Below are positions 13,656 through 26,200 of a stretch of DNA of 64,000 bases, piece after piece. The notes under the pieces were generated by a model. It was not told where the DNA came from. It ran no database searches and worked only from the letters and a program-made list of their open reading frames with translations. The position numbers were made by a program, and so were the translations under genes. Every line of letters starts with the position of its first letter. The first letter of the stretch is position 1. This DNA comes from Lama guanicoe (taxonomy: Eukaryota), in the NCBI GenBank assembly GCA_013239625.1, contig MU054187.1, positions 14,852,974 to 14,916,973 on the forward strand, written 5' to 3'.

Positions 13656-16126
13656 AGAGCAGATACAGTTGTGAAAACTGTACATTATACATTTTGGTTT
13701 CAAGGATTATAAATAAAGGAACTCACAGGTAGGGAGTTCTTTTTCACAGCAAGAAACTTTAAATAAACAAAGTCATGTTTTATTAAGTACATTGGCAGAC
13801 TTCATGTGCTGTCCAAAATGTAGAGTACAGTATAACAACCCATTAGAAAGAGCCTTTCATGTAAAATACAGCTGTGCACATTTTAGAAAAATACCAACAA
13901 TTTGAGCTTTGTTTTAAAAAAGCTTATAAATCATACATATATTTATAAATGGAACCAACATGCTCACTTTATAAACATATCCTTTTATTATCTGTTACCC
14001 ATTATTTCCAAAGCGTTACACATTTGAAATAAACACGAGATTAAATATTTTATTTTATTTTATTTTTTTAAAAAATCAGCTTTCCCAGCATAAAGAGCTA
14101 CGGGGTTAGGAAGGAGCAGTGGGAGTACTGGGGCTGACACAGGAACTTAAACGTTTCTTGGGTAAAAACGTACTTCCTAAATTTAAAAGTCAAAGCAAAA
14201 TGTAAAAAATAAATAAATATACAAGTTGTAATTTTCATTTGCTCTCTTTCTTCATTCCATATTGGTCACACCCAGGATTCTCAACATATTGTACTTCTGC
14301 AAAAAACACCACTGGGTTACTCCCCTGCAGGTGAGAAAACAGAGTCCACACCTGTGCTAACATGTGAGGTGTCTCTTCCGCATTGAAAGGGTAGCAAATA
14401 AGATAAAAAGAACCTGATTAAACCATGCAGATAGTGGAAATATTTAGGAATAGCTCCCTCTCCTCAATGTAATGTTTTACAGAGATTTAACAGATACCGT
14501 TCCTCCCCTGATTTCCTTTTTAAATAATTATTTTTATAAAGACTATGTAGTTTCTCTAAATTAGCATGCTTCTGCATAATAAAGAATAAGTTATAAAACA
14601 GCAAAAAAAAAATCAGATTGTGTCAGAAAAACAAAGGACTGCAAAAGACGGGTACTTAAAACAAAAATGTCTAAGCCTTTAAAATGTGAACTAAAATTAC
14701 AAAAGGACTTTGAAAAACACGAAAGGCATTAAATCGAGAAGCACTGATTTAACAAAGCTTTATGCTCTACCTGAATGTATTCAACAAAAATTTAAGTTGG
14801 AAAAAAAAGAGAAGAGCAGTTATTAATAGCATCTTGCTTAACTTTCATGGGAATTAACATAGCCACTGACAAGATTTTATTTGGTTGGTGAAGTACGTCA
14901 GCAATGAAACTGAATCCTTTAAACACCGATTACTGCAGTCCATGCAACGTTTTGACTACACTTCTCAGAATTCTGTTGTCTTTCAGATTTTAAAATTTAG
15001 CACCTCCTAAGTGCATAAATAATTCATCTCAGTAGTGTTAAAAATGTTCAAAATCAAACGATTTCTTAGGAAGGTATAATGCCTTCGCATTGCTAAATTG
15101 TAAAGATAAATAGCCTTTTATAGGTTTAGGAAGACTAAACAACATGAAGAATGATGTATTGCTATCAAAATAAACACATTTCCTCTAGAATTTTGTTATT
15201 TCTTTTCCTCGAGATGCAACACGTGTGCTTCATCCGGCCAGGACGGCACGCCGTGGACGACTATACGTCGTATTTAAATAAACAGCAAAAATGAACAGTC
15301 GTGCACAAGCAAACGAAACATTCTCTCCTGGGACATCCCAGGAGATGTGAGAGCAGCAGGTCGTGGCATAAGACTGGTGAGTGATGCTGCTACCTGTTTC
15401 TTCTAACGAGACAGGAGTGACTGTTGGAACCATGGCCACAGCAACACAATCCTCCGACCGCATTCCTTGGGCAGTCGTTTGTTTCCCCAGCTCCCTACTA
15501 AAAACGTCAGATGGTAAAATAGTAAGGCAGCTGTTGACTTCCATCAAAAAAAAAAAAAATGCAGCTCCATACATTTCCAGTTTAGTCACACTCTGCTAGG
15601 ACAGATGGAGTAGCCAATGCCAAGAGCTTCGCCGGATGGGGCTGCTTCAGCAGATTTTAAAAAAGAATGATTATTAAGTTTTGCTCTCCGACACGGCTGC
15701 GTGCTTCAGCTCCCAGAGGACCCCAAAGCCACAAAGCATCCCCAGGGGGGACCGCACAGGTCCTCTGGCTGGGTTTTCCAAGTTTCATCTCTCGCGCGAT
15801 CCCATCCTAATTCCAAGCCTCCTTCCCCACGTCTGAGTCTGCCTGGGGTGCGCCATTTAAAGGGCTGACGACACCACTGCAGAGAACTGTGGGCCAACAC
15901 CACTAGCGGTCATGACTGCACCGAAGGGTCAAAACAGTTATCTCATTAAGTAACTATGTTGAATCACATTCAGGCACAGCCAAAGTGAAAGTGAAGGACA
16001 ATACGGAGTTGTTAGGGGAGGAAAAAAAACAAAAAACAAAAAACGTAAATTTGGACATGGGAAAAGAACATTATAGATAGTGATTCTATAGAGGAATTAA
16101 GGCTGTTCTTACCTTTCTTATTCCGA
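13625..16126 (-). other. JPH1: JPH1 3' UTR (~2.5 kb)
   Basis: Repeat-free, increasingly AU-rich sequence from the stop codon to clustered AATAAA signals. The exact 3' end is inferred. Confidence 0.75.
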
Positions 16127-16207
16127 TCAAGTTAGAAAGTGAACAAAAAGAATGGCCAACCCGATATTCAACAGCATGACAAGGACAATCATGACTGAAT
16201 TAGGGCC
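16127..16207 (-). CDS. JPH1: Junctophilin-1 last coding exon (exon 5), C-terminal ER/SR transmembrane anchor
   Basis: GPNSVMIVLVMLLNIGLAILFVHFLT-TGA, the characteristic junctophilin tail anchor. Acceptor TTTCCAG ends at 16208 (phase 0); stop at 16129-16127. Confidence 0.97.
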   Translation of the reverse strand, partial: GPNSVMIVLVMLLNIGLAILFVHFLT

Positions 16208-16384
16208 CTGGAAAGGAGACGGAACGTAACAAGTGTCACTTTTCCATGTTAATATCAACAGATACATTAGCTCACAAAACCAATTACCAAAAATACTAAA
16301 AAAAAACCAAAAAAAACAAAAAAAACCCAACACAGTCACAGTAGATAAGGCATGAATGATGACAGCAGTTCCAAAAGGTATGAA

Positions 16385-16394
16385 CTAAAAATAG
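16385..16394. promoter_or_regulatory. Candidate MEF2 site
   Basis: CTAAAAATAG matches the YTA(W)4TAR consensus. Motif match only. Confidence 0.3.
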
Positions 16395-17060
16395 CTGTGC
16401 TGTATTTAGACGGCGCAGCCTCTGAACTTTCACTTAAAAATGAACCTGGTCTTGATCAAACCTAAAAGATGACTTAAAAAATAACTTACTTCCTTCACCT
16501 CAAAACACTGGGCAACAGTCCGAGTGAGACACAGCTCGCTGTAATGGGTGTAAAGCAAATGGGAATTTGATAGGCATTTTTTGTTAAGGCGTAATTTGGA
16601 TGAGCAAGAATAGCTTCTTCATAAAGGCTATTAGAACAGTGTCTTTAGGACAATGAGGCTGCTCAGGAAAAGTTTAGGAAAAACTCAAAGTGAGGGTCTC
16701 TGACTTGATTTTCCTGGTCTTCTTTATGGATACCACCCCTCCCCTAAAATAAGAACCACAAGTAGGAAACTGAACCTTTTCAGAAATTATCGTGCGGGTC
16801 TACTGTTTAATTTCCCTGCTCATAGCCGTGACATTTCAGATATCAAGTTATATTTTAACAAATCACAGAATCCTATTTTGATGAATACCGCTACAGTAAA
16901 TACCATGTAGTCCAACATATGCAAACTTTTCTTGTTCAAAAAAAACCCAAAGAAAAAGAACCTTTATGACCCATCTTTTCAGACCTGCCCATACTTGGCC
17001 ATCTTTATTACTACAAAGATGTGATCTTGGTATTTACAATTAAAATAGTGTCTAATTCTT

Positions 17061-17195
17061 TTGTTTTTTTGAGTAAAAGTAGATTTATTTAGATGTACAT
17101 GGGACTGGGAGGGAGATGGTTGTGGTTAAAGTAAAGAAAGGTACACACTCCGTAGACAGAGTGCAGGCTGTTTCAGAAGGCAAGAGAGAATGACC
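17061..17195 (-). mobile_element. Poly(A)-tailed, TSD-flanked short retrocopy of an ERV LTR R region
   Basis: 17-bp TSD (17044-17060 and 17196-17212, 2 mismatches). A-tail at 17070-17061, AATAAA at 17089-17084. Core GCACTCTGTCTACGGAGTGTGT is shared with the LTR at 31578. Confidence 0.85.
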
Positions 17196-19824
17196 AACAG
17201 TATCTAATTCTTAAGTGGCACTAAAAGTGTTCTAAACCTTGCTTTATGAGGGAGGGAGGGTAGGTCTCATTTTACAGATGAGGAAACAGCTGGAATGATA
17301 CCTGACTGTCCAGTGAGACTACAGTGACAATGTGTCACCGAGTACTCAAATGCTGTACTGGTGTGATTTTGGTGGTGAGTGGGAAGTGAACAGGGAGATT
17401 GGAGCCGCTGTTAGTCCAGTTCTCATCTTGCAGGGTCTAGGGCTTGGGTCCCACATCCTTCAAGGAGGTCTCCTTTCTGGATGAGGCCAGCACCCCCTGG
17501 TAGAGGTCAGTGTCCTGTTCTTTCTCTAGGCTAATACTTCACACTTGGTTGTCATTTCTTGTTAACTGTCATCTCATCCTTCCTCTCCGTCCCACCCCGG
17601 GGCCCTGCCTTGCTCACCACTGTGTACCCACATGTAAGCGTTGCCCAATTCATTCAGGCAACCAAGAGTTAATGAAAACCTATCTCCTGGCACTTTTCCC
17701 GGTGCTATGGGAGGTGGTGGTTGAACGGATATATTCACTGTGTTAGACAAAGAACAGGGTGATTAATCAAATCAGGGTGCAGGAGAGGAGGCATAAAAAT
17801 GAGTGCCCTTGACATAGTGACCATTAGGAAGAAGAAAACCCCAAGTAAACGGGAGGAAAACAGATACATAATTCTTCACAGTGATGACTGGTTCCGTTCT
17901 CCACAGCCCTGAGAGGGTAAGTGTCTCACCCAAGGTTACTCAGCTAGTTTGAACAAATCAAAACTGGGATTAAACCTCAGTCTGTTCACTTTAGAGCCCC
18001 ATATTCTTGCTTCTGTGTCTCTGTTAAAGCCCCAGGCCTTAGTTTAATCATTTCCCAACAACTTCTTTAAAATGGCGTTTTTCATCTGTATCCTATGCTT
18101 CTGTGGTAACAAGACAACATCAAATCGTGATAACGACCAACGGTTCTTTTAGAACAGTTCTGTTCTAAATTACCAAGTATTAACCTATGTAACTCCAACC
18201 ATGGTTAACTTAGAACATACAAATAATGTAGGAAACTCATAACTCAGAAGAGAATTGAGATGATCTTCCAACATTATTATTATTCAGCACGGAAATTAAG
18301 GAAGTGCTATTAATATACAAACTTTGATTAGATTTTGCTCATAAATATGTTAAGAATTTTGGGGGTCATTAACTCTTTGGGGGTCAGTGAATTTCATTCA
18401 TAAGTCCCACAGCAATATGAAAGATGAGAAAAGGTAACAACAGGGTCAGAACCACATGGTTCTGTGACTTGCGTTCAGTGACTTGCACTGGACCCTGGGA
18501 ATGCAGAGTGATAAAGTTCCTTCAGTAAAGTTTCCTTCAAAAACACAGTGTGGCTGGACCTTTAACTCCCATTTCATAAATCCTTGTAAGTTTCCATGAA
18601 TTTATCCAGCCTTTTTGAATTGATTAGTATTTGAGGTTTGTGTGTTGATGAGTGTGTATGTGTTTTATATATAAATACATATACTCTCTATTGAATGCAC
18701 ATTTAGCCTGTATATATACACTAACATACACACATACATACATTTATCCTACCAGTACAGCTCCATTTATAAAGCTGTTTTTGAGGATAACCCAGTGAAG
18801 ATGAGGGTAAACCAGCAAAAAAAAAAAAAAAAGGCTCAAACAGCAACCAGGTGAAAAATAAATTCTGGGACACTATGTTTAATAAGGCAGAGAGCAAGAC
18901 GTGACCTCTGTGTTCTTCAGATACCTAGGCTGGGTACAGGGTGGAAAGCTTTAAGATGAAGTCTCATAAATACGACTGTGGTGGCCAGTTGTAGCTTAAA
19001 ATAGCAAAATGAAAAAAATTCAGTCTTGCTTTTCAAGACTGACTGGGACAGGTGTCATAAAAGAAGCTGTGCAGGGCGAAGTGCACGTCTTGATGGGAAG
19101 AAACTTCCCGGCAGTGAGAAAATAAAGGTGCAGGAAGTACAAATACAGAACAAGTTGTAGATTTTTTTTTCTTCAAGAAAAAGATCACTCATTTAAACCT
19201 GTGAAGAATTTGCTGTAAAGTTAGTACAGTTTCTTTATGTTAAACCTAAAACTTCTCCAAAGACATGAAAAGAGCAAAGTATAATTATGGGTACTTATTG
19301 TATGTGTGCATGGGATTCAAACCTGATGTAGCAGGGCTGCCTTAGGTCTTACTGTGATTCAGAAGAAAGGTAGGGTACGTCTCCAAGTAAACTTGGCAGG
19401 TGATCACAGTAATGGCTAAGAAAAAAGCGCAGGTGGTTTTCAGGAGTTGTGATGCTGAAACAGAAGACCGCTCGCTGGTCTATTTGATGATAAGGTTCTA
19501 GGATACCTCTACTGCCTCCGCCCAAGCTGCCCTATCACAAAATCCTGCAGAAATGTTGGTATCTCACAGAATGCGCGTCTCCTGGAATATGAGCCCAGGT
19601 GCAACCACTGCCCGCGGGAGCCCGACATTTGAGGAAGGCTGCAGGATAATCCTTGCTGTCGCTTCCCTTCCCCCACCTCTTGAATACAGGTAATTAACTC
19701 GCTCTAGTGTCCACTTATGTCCCAGAAGACACTCTGTTTCTAGGAGATCAGTATCCAGGGTGATCCTGAGGATGGGTCAGAACCTCCTGGAATATTCAGT
19801 GTTGAACTTAAACTTAGTAACAGC

Positions 19825-20030
19825 CAATGTTTCTGGAAGACTTACTCTGGGCCAGGCACTGTGCTAAGAACTTTCTAAATATCAGCTCCCAACAATCTTA
19901 CCCTACAGGTACAGATGAAGAAACCAAGGCCCAGAGCAGTCAGGAAACCTGCCCAAGGTCACACAGCTGGTGAACACCACAGCTGGGATTTGAACCTAAA
20001 TCTGGTATCAGAGGTCATTAGCCTCTACTG
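19825..20030 (-). mobile_element. MIR SINE
   Basis: ccaggcactgtgctaag...acagatgaagaaaccaaggcccagag...gcccaaggtcacacagct...ggatttgaacc. Confidence 0.85.
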
Positions 20031-21939
20031 TCCCAATGAGCTGGCCGACTAAAACTGCAGATGGCTGGGCCAGCCACCCTGCAAGTGGTGATTCGGACTC
20101 AAAGTAGATCTCTCACAGCTGCCCACCGAGAGCACTCACAGATTCAGTCTGGTGTTCCCTCTAATACCTGCTTTGGTGGGAATGTTTCTATGACTTTCCA
20201 GGTTGCTATTGGTACACCTCTAACTTACACAGTGTCTTTTTATCTCAAAATTGTATGTAGTGCGCTTTTGTTTGTTTGAAAGGTCATTCGCTGCCTTTAT
20301 AATGATTCTGTCATGTCTTAACTCTCTAAAGAAAACAGTTACCAGGGGTGTGAAAGGCAGCTTTCTGTTACTCTTAGGAAGAGGAGGTTAATTGTTAAAC
20401 TCTTCACACGAAGGTGCCCACTCAGCCTCGACTCCCAGTTCCTGACAGAGGTACAGAGCTGCCTGGCCTCCCTTCTCCCTCGGGGTGTGTAAGGGAACCA
20501 GAGAGACCAGCCTACTGAGCTGGAGGATGCTGGGCTAATTCTAAGAAGCCAGCGGTTGTGCACATCAGTGAGACAGATACTGTTGCTAAACACGAAGGCT
20601 GTGAACTTATCAAGAATACCTATTACAGAAAAGAGCTCGGTAACTCACCTAATACGTGGGACAGGGGGCATGCACTTTCCCCTGGGGAGTACTGGAAGTC
20701 AACTGAATCCCACTACTGGGTACCCAAAGGTATACACAACATGGCCTTGCATTATTTGAAGTTCCCCCTTGTAAGTCAGGCAAACTAATACTAATATTTA
20801 TGTGAAGTTTCATTAACCTATGGATATAAATGCTGAAAGCCAAATGAGAAGTGAGTTACTACATTTAACAAATTCAATCGTGATATTATTGTCATATATA
20901 GTATAGTTATAATACCAGGATGCTGATAGATCAATGTTAATTTTTTTTAAAAGAATGCTTACTGAACAGTCTCATGTTCTGCTTTGAAAAGCATTTTATC
21001 CAGACTGTCAAAAAGTGAATTATGCTAATCTGATTAATTTATATTTAGATGATTAAAAAGATGAGAATTTTAAAAAAAAAGGTGGGAACCAGTGTTAGAT
21101 TTATCTAAGAAATTTCAAACATAATTTAATTCACAAAATGAATTTCAATGCTTAGCCTACGTGTAGACTGAACAGACAGAAGAAACTGATGCCAAGTTAC
21201 TAATCCGTGCACCAGAAATTAACACATCTTAAACTGACGATACGTCAGTTAAAAAATAAAAGAAACTGGTTGTATTATATTCTTGTTGGCCAGAAATACT
21301 AGTCCACACCTTTATGCAAATATGTCTCTGAAATTACTAGTAAATATTTGGGCTGGCTCCGGCTTCCTTACAGTCTGTTCCAGGTCAAGAGACAAGTCAT
21401 TTTTTTTTAAAATAACAAACTAGGTAGCTTCAGATTTTATAAATTATACGGAATTAGTACTTTATCAAATTCTATAGATCACTAACAAGTATCACTGAAT
21501 GAGGACGTAGACATTTACCAATAACTGAAAGCTTTCTGGTTGACTACTAAAAACCTTAAATGCTCAAGACTGATAATAAAAACCAGCATCTACCAGAAAA
21601 CTGGAATTTTAGGAGCATTTATACCCTGAGGAGTTAGAAGACCAAAGGAATTTTCTTAAGCAGGTGAAAAATTTCAGTTCTCTTTTGGGAAAGAAAAATG
21701 TTCTGGCTGTAAAATCTGGCTACCAAGTAAAATCCAAACTAAATATTTATGAGAGTAATTCACCATAGCTAGAAAAGATGTTCTTTGGTCTAAAGATGCT
21801 GGCTGTTGTGGGGGCGGAGTCAAAGGACAGGTTAAGAACTGAGCAAGTGGCAGCCGCGCTGTCTCCCCAGCAAGACCTCAGAGAGTGGCTGGCCCTCCAC
21901 AGGGGCTGAGATTCCTTTCTAGCCATCAGTCAGCTACTT

Positions 21940-22303
21940 CTGTGTGCTGCATGTGTCTGTCCCCTGCTCCCACCTTCACACACTGAAGCCCCGACCCCAG
22001 ATGCCATGGTATTTGGAGGAGGGGCCTCTGGGAGGTAATGAGGTCATGAGGATGGAGCCCCCATGATGGCATTACCGCCCTTGGGAGGAGACAGCCTGCT
22101 GCTTTCCTCTGTCCGCCCTGTGTGGCCACAGTGGGAAGGGGGCCTGCGTTCTAGGAACCATGGAGTGGGTTCTCATCAGACACCAAATCTGCTGGTGCCC
22201 TGATCTTGGGAATCTTCAGCCTCTAAAACTGTGAGAAATACACATTTGCTGTTTAAGCCACCCAGTCTATGGAATTTTTGTTACAGCCATCAGAGCTAAG
22301 ACA
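21940..22303 (+). mobile_element. MaLR (MLT1-type) solo LTR
   Basis: ggtatttggaggaggggcct...ttcagcctctaaaactgtgagaaatac...gtttaagccacccagtctatgg...ctaagaca. Confidence 0.88.
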
Positions 22304-22580
22304 GCCACGATGAAGCTCAGCCCCAGGTGCTGGTAAAGCCATGCTCAGTGTGATGCTGTAACCTGCAGGTCAGGTCAGCCTGCCTGCATGAAGCCAGCAG
22401 GGAGGAACTTCTGCCCCGAGGGCCCTGTGCTGGCCAAGCTGCAAGGGCTAAGCGCTGCTCTAGCCCGTGCTCGGCAGGACTCTGCTAGCCTGGGTGCCAC
22501 CCCGGCGCAGGTCCCCTGCGCAGCCACCCCAAAGACCCAACCCCAGGAAGGGGAGGGCGGGCGCATCCTGCACAACTTAC

Positions 22581-23215
22581 TGAATTGGCTTCTTTTTCCG
22601 AAGGAGGGCATGGGTCGTTGCTCGCTGGATTCTTTGGTATGGCAAGTTCAGACGTCTTAGCTTTTGGCTCAGCTTTGCTTTCTTTGGCAACTGGTTTTGT
22701 CACAGATTTCGGGGGGCTCCACTTGTTGGGCGATGGCTTGTGCGCCGACGCGGCGGGAGGGCGGACGGGCCCCTCGTCGTCCTCCACGGGCGGGTGCTGC
22801 GGGGCGTTCAGTTTCACGTAGTAGCCGTGGTACTGAGAGTGCAGCTCCCCATTACTGGGGTTGGGGACGTGGTGGCGGCCAGAGTACTTGGAGTGGGGCA
22901 CGACCGCCCCCGCCTCCCTGGAGGGAGCCTTGGACGCCAAGGGCTGGTTGACGACGGCCATCACCTGCTCATTGACCGCGCTCCTGCTGTCCAGGTTGAG
23001 TCTGGCCCCTGAGCTGGGGTTCTGCTTCCTCGCCGGCTTGGGGGAGGGAAGGCGGCCTTGTCTGGGGCTCAGCTCCGGGGACCCCGGCGGTGTTGTGCCT
23101 TTGCGATAAAAGTGAGGCGACTCCTTTGGCGTGGGTGGCTTTTCCAGTACCTTTTCTTCTGGCTTCTCTTTAGCATCCACACCTTCCTGTGATCTCTGTT
23201 TGATATAATCTGGGC
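22581..23215 (-). CDS. JPH1: Junctophilin-1 coding exon (exon 4; divergent region), 635 nt
   Basis: Translates (G)PDYIKQR...KESPHFYRKGTTPP...SKYSGRHHVPNPSNGELHSQYHGYYVKLNAPQHPP...EKEANS. Polypyrimidine tract plus CAG acceptor (AG at 23217-23216), donor GTAAGT at 22580. Phases fit both neighbouring exons. Confidence 0.97.
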
Positions 23216-26200
23216 CTGGGGAGAAGATGGACACAGAAGGGGAGGTGACAAAACAAAAATAAGGCACAAAGGCTTGTTCCTCGTGGTCGCTACTGACATA
23301 TTTTTGCTCAATCAGCTTAGCCTTTCCTCTTTCTCTCTTAAATATATTTAAAAGGCTTTGACTAAGCACCAGGGCGTTTCCTTCCCCAGGAGAAAAGATT
23401 ATTTATTGCTGAAAAAGTTGTACGTTAATATATGCCATTACTTATACTATTTTGGTAGCTGTAAAAGTTACACAGTTCTGACTTCCCTGATAATTGCACT
23501 GTTTCTTCCTGCCAGCAGAATTCACATGGATGGAGTGCTGGTGACAACACTGTAATTAATCTGCACGTTTAAATTACATGGTATAACAAAAACACATAAT
23601 GTATACACTCATATACAAAAAGAAACTGACTTGTATATTTGATGTTTAATATATTAGAACATTTAAATGTATTAAATCAATGTTTAGTAAAGTATCTACA
23701 CTGTAAGAGGATGTGCAGATAACTTTTTTGGTGGGACAGGTAACATTTTTAATGACCATTCATCAAAGGATCATTTAAACTTCCTAGTTAGAAATAACCT
23801 CTGACGCTTAGGTTACACTTTACAAAGTAACTTACTCGGACTCCCTTCACCGCCTGGATTTGCATCAGCAGTGTTTCTGAGGGCCTCAAAGTCAAGCCAA
23901 GGCAGTTGTCTTTGGCTCTGTAGTCTCAGGATTTTCCCCCCTTTTCTGAATACTTTAGAGTTGTTTAACAATCATATGTTATTTTTATAAACAGAAAAAA
24001 ATTCATTTAAAAACCAGGACCTTGGTGCACTGTTATTTTACGGGCAGATTTTGGGAGGAATGAGGTGTAAAGAGAATGTGCACCACAAGCTGGTATTGGC
24101 AGTGACAGCTTAAGGAGGACCTCTCCGGGGCTCTGACACATGCTCCCCGGCAGTGCCCTCCTTGCTTGGCATTGCCTCCCAGCCCCTCCCCAGGAACCAG
24201 GGTCAGCTACCACTCCGCCCATCAGCCACTTTTCATCTCAGGAAGATGAAGTCAAAGTTACACAGTCCAGTTGGCGCTCTTCTCTGCAAATGGGCAGCAG
24301 CTGAAACGTCATCTCTGGAGTATCGGGGGGCAGAAATCACCCACCAACTGCCTTATAGGAGCTGCACCTCTGGTCAACTCCATGGCATCGCATCTGCTGA
24401 CTTCCCTTCCTGCCCCGCCTCCCACCCCTCAGCTCAGAGGGGCTGGAGAGCAATTATCCTTAACTGTTTAAAATGTAAACTGCCTGCTTGTAATTGCTCT
24501 TCCTGGGGTGGTCTGAGCGATGGAGCAGTTACTGCTGTGAGCCTGCTATTTATCACAAAACATATTTTCCAAAATTTAAAGCCTCACCAAAATCTTAGGA
24601 CGCAGGCATTTTCCAGTTTGCGTTGATGTGGGAATAGCTGTAGCAGCTGAAAAAACCCAAAAGTCACATAGCTCCTGTGTATCGTTAAGACAAAACAGAA
24701 CGTGACACGTAATATAAGTAAGCCTAGAAATGAGAATTCCCGAGAACCCACATTTGTAGGTTGTACTCAGGGCCAGAAGCGTAATAGCCAAAGCTCGGGG
24801 TTCCAACTTCCCCAACAAGTCAAGGTTGCATGCTAACAAGTGAGATTTCCTTTCCGGCCTTGGTGAAGCGCTGCCTTTTAAATGGTTGGCAATTTTCTTT
24901 TAAATGCTCCATCAAAAATGGCAGTATGAATTCTTGGCACAGAGGGATCTCACTTGAGTGACGAAAAAGAGGAAATGGCAATTATTCAAAAGGTGCTTTC
25001 TGCTTCTGAATTCTTTCTTGGTGCGCTGACGGGACCACACCACCCAAAGACACATCAGCAGGAGTGCAGGAGAGCAATGCTCCTCATCGGCAGGCATGCC
25101 CCTGCCTGTAAAAACCCATTTATGGACATTTACACTGGTCTTGCATGGAGAAGCTCCTCATCTACCGCAGGCGTGTTTTTATACAACCCCAACTCTGCCA
25201 CGCCTTGTTTACATATTTTTCTCTCTCCCCTCTACCCCAAATTTCCTCAGCCTTGGTTTTATTTGTGCTTTACTATTATCCAGTGTTCCATCATCACTGA
25301 AACACACTGTCTAGGTATGGGAGTAAATGTTCTGTGCAAAGGTAACAGTCAAGAGCCAATGGATTTTTAACTTAAGCAACATAGCTCTGAAACACAAGTT
25401 ACAAGAACTTTTAATATCTTCAATCTATGGGGTTAAGTGCAAAGGTATTTTGCAAATCTTTCTATTTTAGGATTAAGGCATATTAAAAACTAATGTTTAA
25501 CTTAAGCACATGCACAGAAACAAATGGGAGAAAAACAGACCCTGGCAAACAGGACCAGTTCTACATTCTTAAAGTTAGAAGGAAATGACAGTCACTGAAC
25601 CATGAGAAATAAAGCTGTCAAATAGACCAAGTGCTTCATTTTGAAAAAGCGAGACCCTAACAGTGACGCTTACAAGTTTGGGATTTATCCGGGTGACTGC
25701 TGGTCTCACCTGCATTTCCTGCAGAAAGCAGATTAGAAGCTGAAACGGGAGCTGCAGATCCCAGCAGAAGTGACAACGGCCAGCAAAGGCTGACACTGAA
25801 TAGCTAGGAAAGAGAGTTGATTTGGGAGGAGACTCAAGGCGATCCAGTAATAGTGGGGCCAAGAAAAAGAATTAAAAAAAAAAAGTGATAGGCTTTAGTT
25901 ATCACTGGAAAACCCTATAGTACTTGGACACAAAGCACAGTTTCAAACGCTTTTTGTAAAGGACAAAGCTCTTCCTACCTCTTCATTTATACGGTTGTGA
26001 ACAGGCTAAGCAGAGAATGATGTAGCCACTGGAGGAATTTTTCTTAATGGACTTTTGTGAAGCTACTTTGTATTCCAATGAATGTATTCATTATGTTTAT
26101 TAACTCTCAAATACTCCTCTAATCACTCCTTTTAGATCTTTGGAAACCTCATGTATTGCTCTTCTGGACAGTTTTCCTGTCCTAAGTGTCCTAGGAAAGG

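Noticed and set aside
22485..23369. 294-aa ORF as a standalone gene
   Set aside because: It is JPH1 exon 4 plus in-frame intronic flanks; splice sites bound the real coding part at 22581-23215.
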